A stretch of 64,000 bases of DNA from Nemertoderma westbladi (lineage: Eukaryota; Animalia; Xenacoelomorpha): contig JAUCBJ010008277.1 in NCBI GenBank assembly GCA_032718475.1, forward strand, positions 4,191 through 68,190, written 5' to 3'. The notes beneath the pieces are model-generated. The model ran no database searches and was not told where the DNA came from. It worked only from the letters and a program-made list of their open reading frames with translations. The translations under genes and the position numbers were made by a program. This document shows, in pieces, positions 34,655-47,130 of this stretch. Each line of letters begins with the position of its first letter. The stretch's first letter is position 1.

Positions 34655-37600
34655 AGCACATTACCGTGGGTGGAATTAACTTGATATCGTTTATCAACCG
34701 TCGTTTTTTTGGGTTAAACTTTTTTCGGAATGCCGTCACACAGACTGCAGTATTCGTTTCTGTTGAGGATCTACCAGTAATAATGTAGCGCTATCTTCCC
34801 ATTTCTAACATGTCTACCCCACAATTAAGATATTGAGTTGGCGAGATTTTGAACCTTAACCGAATGTTTTAATTAATTGAGTTTTTTTTAATTTATTCTG
34901 GGTTATCACGTTTAAGGTTTAGTGTGCAGGCGTATGAAACAGTGGCGAGCCAAATTTGTGCGTTACGTTTTTGTATATAAATAATATTATAACGTTGAAA
35001 ATGGAATTTAGAATGTACTGCGGGGGAAGATGCATACCGTAATTAAATTGGATATTGTCTAACATTACGGTGGAATTAATCTGTTTCATTCTAAATTCCA
35101 GTTTAAACTTGATATATTTAATTTCTCGTTGGATGATGTTGTAAATTAATATAATAACTTTCTTTTATTTTTTATGATAGACATTTATTGAACCAATTGA
35201 GTATGAATCTAGCTTTAATTTATTAATAGTATAATTTGTGTCTATTGTCTATGCAGTTATGGGTTATACATCGCTTTGCTCGTTGCATTGGAGTGGTACC
35301 TAATGGCATGCTGGTTGGTGATTGTCTGTTTGTTGTTCGTCTTAGATTTGTCTATGGTGTGGCCTTCGTCGTCTGACTGTTTGTTACTCTTTGATAAATT
35401 AATTATTCGTGTAGGAGACTTGTATTTGTGATTTCCGTATTCTTTTTATATTTGAATAAAATTGGCACGGAATACAATTTAGCAGGATTAGTGACACAAA
35501 AATTATAATTTATAATATTTTTTCTCATAGAAAAATACTATCATTTTTTTCCCTGCTGAGATTTATATTTTGCTGAGCGTCATCGAGCGATGGGTTATCA
35601 TTAAGGAAATAAAGCATTTTGTTTTGTTTTACGTAACTTTATTCCACAAAATTGCATTTTCACCAAGCCGTGGTGTAGTCTTATAGGATCCCAGCGTCGT
35701 GTCGTGTGAATTCATTCAAACTTCGTTTCCATGTACAGTGGTACCGGCAGACGTCCCCGCTGTAAAAGTGGTCTCTTATACTCTCCAGTTCATGTTTGTA
35801 GAATAAAGTCCTATCTTTATTACTGAAATGCCGGATCGGTTAAAAAAGCAATTTTGTGGAATCAATAAATGTAAAAAATACTAAGTTACTTTGAATTCTT
35901 ACTCAGTCAATCTGGGTAATTACGGTGAAGTGAGTTGGAGTTATTTTCGCCGCTAGTCTTTCATGTCCCACAGCAAAACGCTGTATTTGGTATGTCAATA
36001 ATATTTAGTCGAGTTTCGAGTCTAAGTATATTTTACAAAATTAATGTTTTTAATCTATCTTTATTCTACTTTTTGGTTTGTTTTAACATTTAATTGAAGA
36101 TAAATAATTATTGCTAATATAATTCGGCACGTTAATAATTAGACAGCAGTGGGTAGATAGGCATAAAAGTGTATCTGAAACTTTTTTACGTTTACTAAAA
36201 TTTTGAAATTGTCCGTGAATGTTATATTTAAAAAAAAAAGAATTAGCTATTTTTTACGGATTAATCCATTCTTTGATACGTTTACCTAATTGACACGAAG
36301 CTAAGGAAACCAACTTATTTTATCAAGGAAGGAACACCTAACAAAGTTGGGACTTTCGGTTGTAATATTTGGTACCAAACAGGGTATCCATCGTCTAATC
36401 CATCGTCTAATCCCATCCATCGCAAATTTCGTGTCTTCTTGGCATATTCAAAATGAACTAAACTGAAATGTTGCATATTTTCATTGTTAAACCCAAACGC
36501 GTTTTTATTTAACAAGCGAAATTTTAAGACCACAATTTTTAAACCAAAACCGTTGTAGACCAAAATTTATAAAAATCTTTGCCTACTCAACTCATTCATG
36601 TTATATCCACAACATAGACTCACATTAACCCGAAATACCTTGCTATGCAGATGTTCATGCTGTTGAAAACATAAATTTATTTAGACTTGGAAATAATGCC
36701 AGCCAGAATACCAGCTAATTAATCTGGCATTCTACATAGTTTTGTGGTCCTTTAGCAATAACTAACACCCCCCCCCCCCCCCCCCCCACGCATCTCTTTT
36801 ATTACATTGCTATAATTTCACTACAATACTTCAATTCCAATGTTCTATGAATACTCCCGTTCTAATAAATAAAACTTAGCTTAACTAAAAGTTAATTGGT
36901 TTCATTTACCTTAAATTGGCTGTGTTGTTTACTTGTCTTAATGCAATGCCTTTTTATAGTATTTTAATTAAATTTATGTAATGATTTTCATTTATTGTGC
37001 ACTCCATGTGCAGCAGATCTATAACATACGGCCTAGGAAATAAAATATTTAAAATTTAAACAACATTAATGTTCGAATTAGTTCCTTGTTCTTGTTAATG
37101 CGATTTACTAATTGGTTTATATAGTATATGGTGCAATAAATAATGTTGCCAATTGTCTCTTTAATTAGTGCCAATATGCATAAATGAATATAAATTAATA
37201 ATCTAGTGTCCATCATTTAATATTAATTTTATTAACCATTACTATATTAATATTTTCCATATAGCCTTCTTCCTTCTTTGCTGTTTGTACTTTTTCTACT
37301 AAGTCAAAAACGGTTCGAATTATATTCTTATGGGGTATACGAAACCATTTAATAATTATTATTTATTACATTGGAAAATATTCTATAGAGGCATTTTATT
37401 TACCGAGAGCAAACAAGGTTAAATGGTCGAGAGGGGTTTACTTGTCGGAACAGCCAGTAGTGCCGCCAGTCGGTGGGGTTGATAGGTTTTTAGCAGCCCA
37501 TCAGACTAACAATGTATTTAATATTTATGTACTAATAAACAAATAATACATAATAATATTATTATTAGAATGTAATCAAGATTTCGCCTCACCGCCTTGT

Positions 37601-38456
37601 CTCCAGATTCCGAATCTGAAAACCGTTTTAAATTTAACCAATAACTTCCCGAGATAATATCTAAATTTAAAAGCAAACTTTTGAGACGATTTTACTAAAT
37701 TCTAGTTTTTCTAATATTAAGTGTGGGCTGGGCGATGGTTATATACTAAACCAATAACATTAAGTTACATATAAATAACTATCAGCATATATTTACTAAC
37801 TGAACAAATATTTAATAATTATCTAAAAGCGAATTATTATAATTATAATTTATTGTACCAATACAAAATATCAGGTAATTATAAATACTAATGAAATATA
37901 TAAAAACATACGTTGGATAATAACATAATAAAAAAACAGATAAAAATGATATAAAAATTGAAATTGGCAACTGGTACTAACTAAGTAATGGGAAATATTA
38001 CGAATGATTTAACATTATTTTATATTGATTACCAAAACTACCATACCAACAAAAAACAGAATAATTGACATAGTACAGCACACGAGCGCAGTCTGTCACT
38101 GAATATTATATACAATGAGTTTAATTTAATTAAATTAATTAAAAATGGAACAAATCATCTTGTAACAAAATTATATTCTGCCAAAATATTACATTGTCTC
38201 AATATTCTATCACATAACATATTTCAATATTCCGCCGATAAATGTGCGATTGCGAGGACTATTCTGCCACAATATAATATTGTCATTATTCATGTCCCCG
38301 CATCTGTTGAATGGAAGCCAACATAGAGTTTAATAGAACCATATATTGCAGATTTTAGCACTGTGACTACATCAGCGAGAAACATTGGACGATATATATT
38401 CAAGTTATTCTTTGGTACCGGGAATCATTACGAAATTATATTCGAACATGTTTCAT

Positions 38457-40028
38457 TCAAACATTATTGTCATCACCATCACCATCCTCTTCATCAGGAG
38501 GGGGTTGAGAGCCGCAACAATTCTGAATATTGTTCGACGGATGTAAATAAGTATAATACAAGACCATGAAGCCAACTCCCAATGCGCAGCCCAAAACTAC
38601 GTATATTGGTACAGCGATCTTATACCACATGAACTCCCTTTTAGAAAGAAACCACATAAAAACCAAAATTAGATTCTCAATAAATACTATCAAATAAAAA
38701 GATAGTATTTTATGCCGAGATGGGCCTTCTTTAACGTTAAACCAGCAAAATATCTGCACTATACCAATCGCCGCGTCGAACAAGTATTCTAAACAACGTG
38801 TAGACCTACTGTCTTTCTTTAGAATAGAGGAACAGAACTCGGTGTTTTCTGTGATAAGCCAATAAGTCATAAAAGCCCAATGAACAACAGCAAAAACGAA
38901 AATCCAACCAAAAAAAACTGAAGCGAAAAGTGCGAGCACTAGAACTCTGGAGCTTATTGTAAGCCCTCGCCAAAATAGCTGCACCAAAAATCCGAGTTGA
39001 CTTAAATTGGCTTTATCGTCTCGAGCCTGTCTCAACGCCGAGTGATAACTCGCTAGCGAGAAAGAAAGCGAGCCCAAAGAGGAGAGAACTGCGGCGATAG
39101 TGAGGTTGTCTGTTTCGTTGGATTCCGCCATGATGTAGATCTGCAGGACGCATTGCGGGGCGGCCTCTAGGAAAGCTTCAAACATTCGCAACATTGCAAC
39201 GTCTTCCATATAGAGGAACGCGTTGTATTTACTGGTTCCTCCATCCTTCTCGCGCCAGGTGCGAACCCCGTAGTACATGGTCTTCGCGTAACTCCAAACG
39301 GTGCCCAACTGGAATACATGAATTAAAATGATGAAAAGCCACCACAGCGCGCTAGATGGTTGACACGGGCTGTCCTGCACCCCTAGCTCGTTTTCTCTTC
39401 GATTTTTCGCATGCCTAGCGATTAAACCAGCATCTACGAAGTCCACTCTACCATCGCAATCCCCAACTGAAGACAATCTCTCTGTTTCTCTCTTGTCCTG
39501 CCAAATCCAGTAAAAACTCAACGCTTGCATCACCAAGGAAGGAACAATAACGAACCCGATGGTGTTGGTAAACCACCAACGTTTTCCGTCCCGTAAGTAG
39601 GAACACGCTAAATATATATCTAAACCCACGTCCACGATATAGACACACATGGAAAATAAGTTGAACAAGAAATCCATAGTGCTGTATGAGCCCTTGGTTA
39701 AGAATTTAATGAGGTTCGGTATAAATTGATAGGAAACAGATGAACCATCGTCGAATGCGTCCTGAACTGCTATAGGAGGCCCAGTGGAATTATATTGCGA
39801 ATAAGTTTCGGTACGTGGGGCATTCGGTAAGATTTGTCGACTACAGCCGTCGACTTCAGTGGGATCTACCAACGCTGTTTGGTTTAGCGACTGATCTCGT
39901 GATGTGATATCGGTACCTGACACTGTAGAACGACCAGGTTCAGTTTCGTTCCGTAAATATTTATATTTCAAAAAACGTTTACGATCCGAACGCAGTGGTA
40001 AGGTCTTTGTTTGGTTTGTTGCAGACAT
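38457..40028 (-). CDS. XKR: XK-related protein (XKR4/6-like phospholipid scramblase), 523 aa, single coding exon
   Basis: Motifs YIVDVGLDIYLA, IVPSLVMQALSFYW, DVAMLRMFEAFLEAAPQCVLQIYI, SLGSLSFSLASYH, FWRGLTISSRVLVLALFAS, IFCWFNVKEGPSR and MVLYYTYLHP; multiple TM segments. The first ATG is at 40028. Confidence 0.95.
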   Translation of the reverse strand: MSATNQTKTLPLRSDRKRFLKYKYLRNETEPGRSTVSGTDITSRDQSLNQTALVDPTEVDGCSRQILPNAPRTETYSQYNSTGPPIAVQDAFDDGSSVSYQFIPNLIKFLTKGSYSTMDFLFNLFSMCVYIVDVGLDIYLACSYLRDGKRWWFTNTIGFVIVPSLVMQALSFYWIWQDKRETERLSSVGDCDGRVDFVDAGLIARHAKNRRENELGVQDSPCQPSSALWWLFIILIHVFQLGTVWSYAKTMYYGVRTWREKDGGTSKYNAFLYMEDVAMLRMFEAFLEAAPQCVLQIYIMAESNETDNLTIAAVLSSLGSLSFSLASYHSALRQARDDKANLSQLGFLVQLFWRGLTISSRVLVLALFASVFFGWIFVFAVVHWAFMTYWLITENTEFCSSILKKDSRSTRCLEYLFDAAIGIVQIFCWFNVKEGPSRHKILSFYLIVFIENLILVFMWFLSKREFMWYKIAVPIYVVLGCALGVGFMVLYYTYLHPSNNIQNCCGSQPPPDEEDGDGDDNNV

Positions 40029-40205
40029 GTTATTATTATTCACTCAGTGAGCCATTTGTGAATTATAATTATTTTAAAAATAAATTAGCCTAGCAGTTCA
40101 GTCTTCTTCAGCAGGTTGTGTACCGGTTATACAATAGGCCTAACCCATTTGCGTCAGGGGCAAGGTCAGAAGGTGTAAATGAATCCCCGTTTAGAATGAC
40201 TCTCC

Positions 40206-43200
40206 GGTAGGTGCTAAAATGCACACACAAAAGCAACAATGAGCAACAACGAGCAACAATGAGCAATACTAAAGTACAACAATGAGGAACAATGACCAAC
40301 AATGAGCAACAATGACCAACAACGAGCAACAATGAGAAACAACGAGCAACAATGAGCAATAATGAGCAACAACGAGCAATAATGAGCAACAACGAGCAAC
40401 AATGAGCAATAATAAAGTACAACAATGAGCAGCAATGACCAACAATGAGCAACAATGACCAACAATGACCAACAATGAGCAACAATGACCAACAACGAAC
40501 GAGCAACAATGAGCAACAACGATCAACAACGAGCAACAATGAGCAATAACGAGCAACAATGAGCAACAACCAACAACGAGCAACAATGAGCAATAACGAG
40601 CAACAATGAGCAATAATAAAGTACAACAATGAGCAACAATGACCAACAATGACCAACAACAAGCAACAATGAGCAACAACGAGCAACAATGAGCAACAAT
40701 GAGCAACAACGAGCAACAATGAGCAACAACGAGCAACAATGAGCAATAATAAAGTACAACAATGATCAATAATAAAGTACAACAATGAGCAACAATGACC
40801 AACAATGAGCAACAATGACCAACAACGAGCAACAATGAACAACAATGACCAACAATGAGCAACAATGACCAACAACGAGCAACAATGAACAACAATGACC
40901 AACAATGAGCAACAATGACCAACAACGAGCAACAATGAGCAACAACGAGCAACAATGAGCAATAATAAAGTACAACAACGAGCAACAATGACCAACAATG
41001 AGCAACAACGAGCAACAATGAGCAACAACGAGCAACAATGAGCAACAACGAGCAACAATGAGCAATAATAAAGTACAACAATGAGAAACAACGACCAACA
41101 ATGAGGAACAATGAGCAACAACGAGCAACAATGAGCAACAATGAGCAACAACGAGCAACAATGAGCATTAATAAAGTACAACAATGAGCAACAATGAGCA
41201 ACAATTTAGAAATAGTAAGTTACAATAATGTATTTTATATTAATTATATTAATTATTTGTAATTACAATATTAATTAATATATAATATATATATTAATAG
41301 CATTCGTAGACTACAGTATGTACATCATTTTAGATAGGCCTAATCGGGCCTATCAAAAGTATCATTTTAGATGTTTTAGACAATGTGTGTAGTTGACTAC
41401 TTGACTTCCAGGTTCTTCCAGGTCATACCAACAGACCAGTACGATTCAAAGGAGGAAATGGACTCCATGTGGATCCAGGGGAAGTCATTTTGACGTTGGT
41501 ACTGTAAGTCTGTCATTTGAGGCGTAGGGCCTAATTCTAACATTGGCACAGTTACGATTCGGGTACCTACTGTACAAATGTAATAGGTACAGAATACTAC
41601 TGCCAGACTGTACTAAATTTTGTACTAAAAACTAACTGGGCAAAGTCTACTGAACAGACCTTTTGCTAATTGACAGAACCCGTTGACCGGACCCATAGCC
41701 ATTTAAAGGCAGAAAGAAGCAGGCAGCAGATTAGTAAAGGACCGGATTACAGAGGCGTGTTCAGGTGTTGGCGTTGGTGAGAACCAAAACAATAAACGAA
41801 AGTTAAGACATGTTACAAGATTATGGGTCAGGTCACAAAAAGCTCAGGTAATAAGGGTCCGGTCAATAATACACAAGTAAAATATAAATCAAATAAAAAT
41901 CTTCAACATATAAATAAAAATTTAATATACCCTACCTAAAGTAAATAACAAATCAAATACAAAATAGGCTTGGCCTACCCCATCCCACAAGCAATACAGT
42001 AGTCTGTAATATAGAACGCTAGGCAGACTTCAGGACTGCCAGGCAATCAGGTCACTGTCCATGTCCAACTGTATAAAATACAAAATAATAATACGAAAAC
42101 CAGTTCACACTTCACAGTACCGTACATCAGAAAGTCAGAACCAGATAATAGTAGGGCTCGATCGGAGTTGGGATTTGGCCGGAGCCGGAGCAGGAGCCGG
42201 AGTTGGACAATTTTGCCGGAGTCGGAGCAGGAGCCGGAGTTTTTCAAAAATTTTAAAAATTTAATTATTTATTAAAAAATAAATAAAGTATATATGGTTA
42301 TCGTTCGCCAATCGCTCATAACTGCATAATCAATCATACTGTAGGTCTAATTTATTTCATAATTTATAGATTTACAAATTTTCAATTTAAAATTTAAGTA
42401 ATTAATTTATCACAGACAGACGGCCTGACGCTGACGGCTAAAAATTACCTACAGTACCTAACTCACTAACTGTCTAATTGTGGTAGAGGTGTGTACTGTA
42501 GCTGTAGGTAGCCTACCGTACGTGTACCAGTACTGCAGTACCGGTACAGTCAGCTAGTCTGCTAGTCAGCCAGCTGGCCAGTCACCAGTACCAGTACTGC
42601 AGTACCAGAGTACAGTCAACAGTCAGTCAGTCATTGACTTTAATTAAATACTGCAGTATTATGCTTGATATTGAAGCTGTACTACTTATAGTGTAAATAA
42701 TTGTTCAGATTAGAATATGCACGAAATCTAATACCGGTACTTTATTAAAAAATTAACTCCGGCAATATTTTTACCGGAGCCGGAGCAGGAGCCGGATGTG
42801 CCAAAATGGCCGGAGCCGGAGCCGGAGGCCGGAGCTCCGATCGAGCCCTAGATAATAGGTTGAGGTAAGTTTCACCGACACTACCCAAACAGAACAAGAC
42901 TGATAGACTGAAATCAGGTAAACTGATAAATATTTGTAGGCCTACCGGTCCCGGTATAGCAGTATTGTGCACCATCTTGATGACATTGTGGGTATGGAAG
43001 CATTTTTTATTAAGTTCTTGGTTGGGAATTTATTTATCATATCCTACTTATATATTCGGGATTACTGGGATACATTATAGTGCATAAATATAATGAATGT
43101 ATCTGTGTAATCTGTTTAGTGGTGTACTCTAGTTACTTTATTATAGTTACTGTTATTGTAGTTACTGCTACTTATTGTAGTTATTTTTTATCACTTTATT

Positions 43201-43511
43201 ATTTTTGCTCATTGTTGCTCATCATTTTTTCTCGTTGTTGTACTTTTATTATTGCTCGTTGTTGCTCATTGTTGCTCGTTGTTGCTCGTTGTACTCGTTG
43301 TTGCTCGTTGTTGCTCATTGTTCCTCGTTGTTGCTCATTGTTGCTCGTTGTTGTACTTTATTATTGCTCGTTGTTGCTCATTGCTGCTCGTTGTTGCTCG
43401 TTGTTGCTCATTGTTGCTCGTTGTTGCTCATTGTTGCTCGTTGTTGCTCATTGTTGCTCGTTGTTGCTCGTTGTTGGTCATTGTTGCTCGTTGTGCAATT
43501 TAGCACCTACC
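40206..43511. mobile_element. Non-autonomous Foldback-like DNA transposon (MULE- or Merlin-type termini) with CAA-satellite arms and a 9-bp TSD
   Basis: GGTAGGTGCTAAAATGCAC ... GTGCAATTTAGCACCTACC; perfect TSD TGACTCTCC at 40197-40205 and 43512-43520; arms of GAGCAACAAT/C units at 40231-41203 and inverted at 43204-43495. Confidence 0.9.
42152..42850. mobile_element. hAT MITE nested in the Foldback-like element
   Basis: TAGGGCTCGATCGGAG ... CTCCGATCGAGCCCTA; perfect 8-bp TSD GATAATAG (42144-42151, 42851-42858); subterminal CCGGAG repeats; empty site visible at ~55785-55792. Confidence 0.95.
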
Positions 43512-44130
43512 TGACTCTCCAGTGATCTGGGGAGTCATTACAATCCGCCGGTTGAAATGAATATCCATTCGCTTTCTTTAGGGATATCTCTCAATTTGAT
43601 GTCGCCATGATTACCTTAGAAAACACAAGCAACTATAAAGTTGTGACTGTCTACTATCGAGATAATTTGAACTCTATACATACTGTAAATCAAACTATTT
43701 TATTTTTTATTCACATACATATATACTCTATCTCTACCTACAGTATACATACTATAAACGCTGGGATGACAACGTAAAACGAACCTGCACCTCTCCCTCC
43801 AACAGTACCGACCTCCCACGGAAGTAGAAGCGCCGCATTGCTCAACGTCCAAGACTGCGCCGTTTATTAATTTAAGTTTCTTAAAATTATGCTATAAATT
43901 ATACAAATTACAGTATTTAAAAAACGACAAGCCGTCTTCAGGGCGTGACAAGACTTACTCAGCAGACAAGGGAGTCTTTTTTCATGGGGATTGGGGATTC
44001 AATAGAAACTAGCACAACGGCACGGGTGTGGTGCTTATAAATTTTTTCCAATACAGCAATAAGTTTAGGATATCTTTTCTCTACAGTATGCATATCTGCT
44101 GAAATAAAACCATGGGGCATTCAGCATTCA

Positions 44131-46265
44131 GTAATCGGTTGACGTAGCCTGAGTCAGGTAATCGGTTGATGTAGCCTCAGTCAGGTAATCGGTTGATGTA
44201 GCCTGAGTCAGGTAATCGGTTGACGTAGTCTCAGTCAGGTAATCATCGGTTGACGTAGCCTGAGTCAGGTAATCGGTTGACGTAGCCTCGGTCAACTAAT
44301 CGGTTGACGTAGCCTGAGTCAGGTAATCGGTTGACGTAGCCTGAGTCAGGTAATCGGTTGATGTGGCCTGAGTCAGGTAATCGGTTTACGTAGCCTCGGT
44401 CAGGTAATCGGTTGATGTAGCCTGGAGTCAGGTAATCGGTTGACGTAGTCTCAGTCAGGTAATCATCGGTTGACGTAGCCTGAGTCAGGTAATCGGTTGA
44501 CGTAGCCTCGGTCAGCTAATCGGTTGACGTAGCCTGAGTCAGGTAATCGGTTGACGTAGCCTGAGTCAGGTAATCGGTTGATGTAGCCTGAGTCAGGTAA
44601 TCGGTTGACGTAGCCTCAGTCAGGTAATCGGTTGACGTAGTCTCAGTCAGGTAATCGGTTGATGTAGCCTGAGTCAGGTAATCGGTTGATGTAGCCTGAG
44701 TCAGGTATTCGGTTGACGTAGCCTCAGTCAGGTAATCGGTTGACGTAGCCTGAGTCAGGTAATCGGTTGACGTAGTCTCAGTCAGGTAATCGGTTGATGT
44801 AGCCTGAGTCAGGTAATCGGTTGATGTAGCCTGAGTCAGGTATTCGGTTGACGTAGCCTCAGTCAGGTAATCGGTTGACGTAGCCTGAGTCAGGTAATCG
44901 GTTGACGTAGCCTGAGTCAGGTAATCGGTTGATGTAGCCTGAGTCAGGTAATCGGTTGACGCAGCCTGAGTCAGGTAATCGGTTGACGTAGCCTCAGTCA
45001 GGTAATCGGTTGACGTAGCCTGAGTCAGGTAATCGGTTGACGTAGCCTGAGTCAGGTAATCGGTTGATGTAGCCTGAGTCAGGTAATCGGTTGACGCAGC
45101 CTGAGTCAGGTAATCGGTTGACGTAGCCTGAGTCAGGTAGTCGGTTGACGTATCCTGAGTCAGGTAGTCGGTTGATGTAGCCTGAGTCAGGTAATCGGTT
45201 GACGTAGCCTGAGTCAGGTAATCGGTTGATGTAGCCTGAGTCAGGTAATCGGTTGACGCAGCCTGAGTCAGGTAATCGGTTGATGTAGCCTGAGTCAGGT
45301 AATCGGTTGATATAGCCTGAGTTAGGTAATCGGTTGATGTAGCCTGAGTCAGGTAATCGGTTGATGTAGCCTGAGTCAGGTAATCAGTTGATGTAGCCTG
45401 AGTCAGGTAATCGGTTGATGTAGCCTGAGTCAGGTAATCGGTTGATGTAGCCTCAGTCAGGTAATCGGTTGATGTAGCCTGAGTCAGGTGATCAGTTGAT
45501 GTAGCCTGAGTCAGGTAATCGGTTGATGTAGCCTGAGTCAGGTAATCGGTTGATGTAGCCTCAGTCAGGTAATCGGTTGATGTAGCCTGAGTCAGGTGAT
45601 CAGTTGATGTAGCCTGAGTCAGGTAATCGGTTGATGTAGCCTGAGTCAGGTAATCGGTTGATGTAGCCTCAGTAAGGTAATCGGTTGACGTAGCCTGAGT
45701 CAGGTAATCGGTTGATGTAGCCTGAGTCAGGTAATCGGTTGATGTAGCCTCAGTAAGGTAATCGGTTGACGTAGCCTGAGTCAGGTAATCGGTTGACGTA
45801 GCCTCAGTCAGGTAATCGGTTGATGTAGCCTGAGTCAGGTAATCAGTTGATGTAGCCTAAATCAGGTAATCGGTTGATGTAGCCTCTGTCCAGCAGTCAG
45901 GTATTCGGTTGATATAGCCTGAGTCAGGTAATCAGTTGATGTAGCCTGAGTCAGGTAATCGGTTGATGTAACCTGAGTCAGGTAATCGGTTGATGTAGCC
46001 TCAGTCCAGCAGTCAGGTAATCGGTTGATGTAGCCTCAATAAGGTAATCGGTTGACGTAGCCTGAGTCAGGTAATCGGTTGATGTAGCCTCTGTTCAGCA
46101 GTCAGGTAATCGGTTGATGTAGCCTGAGTCAGGTAATCAGTTGATGTAGCCTGAGTCAGGTAATCGGTTGATGTAGCCTCAGTAAGGTGATCGGTTGACG
46201 TAGCCTGAGTCAGGTAATCGGTTGATGTAGCCTCAGTCACGTAATCGGTTGACGTAGTCTCAGTC
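44131..46265. repeat. 27-bp minisatellite, ~79 copies
   Basis: Unit GTAATCGGTTGAYGTAGCCTSAGTCAG. Confidence 0.97.
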
Positions 46266-47019
46266 GAATGTGTTTATTATGTTTCAATTACGGGGTAATA
46301 CCGGCATGTAATTTCTTCCACCCCACCCCCACCCAGACCCACAACCAGTACTCCTATCCTATGGTAGTGGTTACAAGTAGGCCTATTATGGCATCGATGG
46401 CCCAACCTGGCAATCGTTCGAAGCCATTCTCGCCGCCACGACGACGACACTCAGCAGCACATTTCCAATTGGGATGCTACTTATTCTGTTGAAATTGACT
46501 TAATTTGGCAGATACTGTATTTATTTTCCTTAATCACCATTTAAGATGCCCATTACAGTGGGAGTACCGATAGGTTTTTGGCGCACTTTGACAAGCATTC
46601 CGACTTCTGTCACCTTCACCACAACACAGAACTGTACCAAACCTCTTTTCAACAGTTGTGCACGCTGGTAATTATTAATACATGGAAAATTATCAATGAA
46701 ATATAATTATGCTAAGCATGAATATTAATAATATGTATAAACCGTGGTAAGTAGGTAGAGTAGGTGCACATTAATATTATGTAATGTACCGGCGGTAGAT
46801 ATTAATACAACACAAAAATTGTTTATTCCATTGTTACCTTCTTTCCAATGTTTTAATATTTACCAGCGTGCACCTACTGTACCTCACACCTACTTTACCA
46901 TATTTATCCTCGATTAATATTTACCCCTTACATAATCAAAAGCATAGCATAACATTTACAATTGGTGGGAAATTTAAAACTTTCAGTTATATCTAACGTG
47001 TTAACGGTTATATTGTATA

Positions 47020-47130
47020 TATTCTATTTGCCTGAAGAAGGACTATAGTCAGAAAGCTAGAGCACTTATACCATAACTTAATTTTGCTTGCGGGTGCTGC
47101 TGACCTTCTTTCCCTTAATATACACCTTTT
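47020..47130 (+). mobile_element. Possible Penelope-like pLTR relic with a degenerate minimal hammerhead motif
   Basis: CCTGAAGAAGGACTATAGTCAGAAAGCTAG reads as CUGANGA, a GAC-TATA-GTC hairpin and GAAA. Confidence 0.35.

Noticed and set aside
40108-41204. Long hydrophobic Leu/Val/Cys ORFs (also 43080-43525, 53977-55448, 56424-56648) as membrane proteins or an XKR extension
   Set aside because: TTG-rich satellite strand of the transposon arms; open in all three frames with the same pattern.
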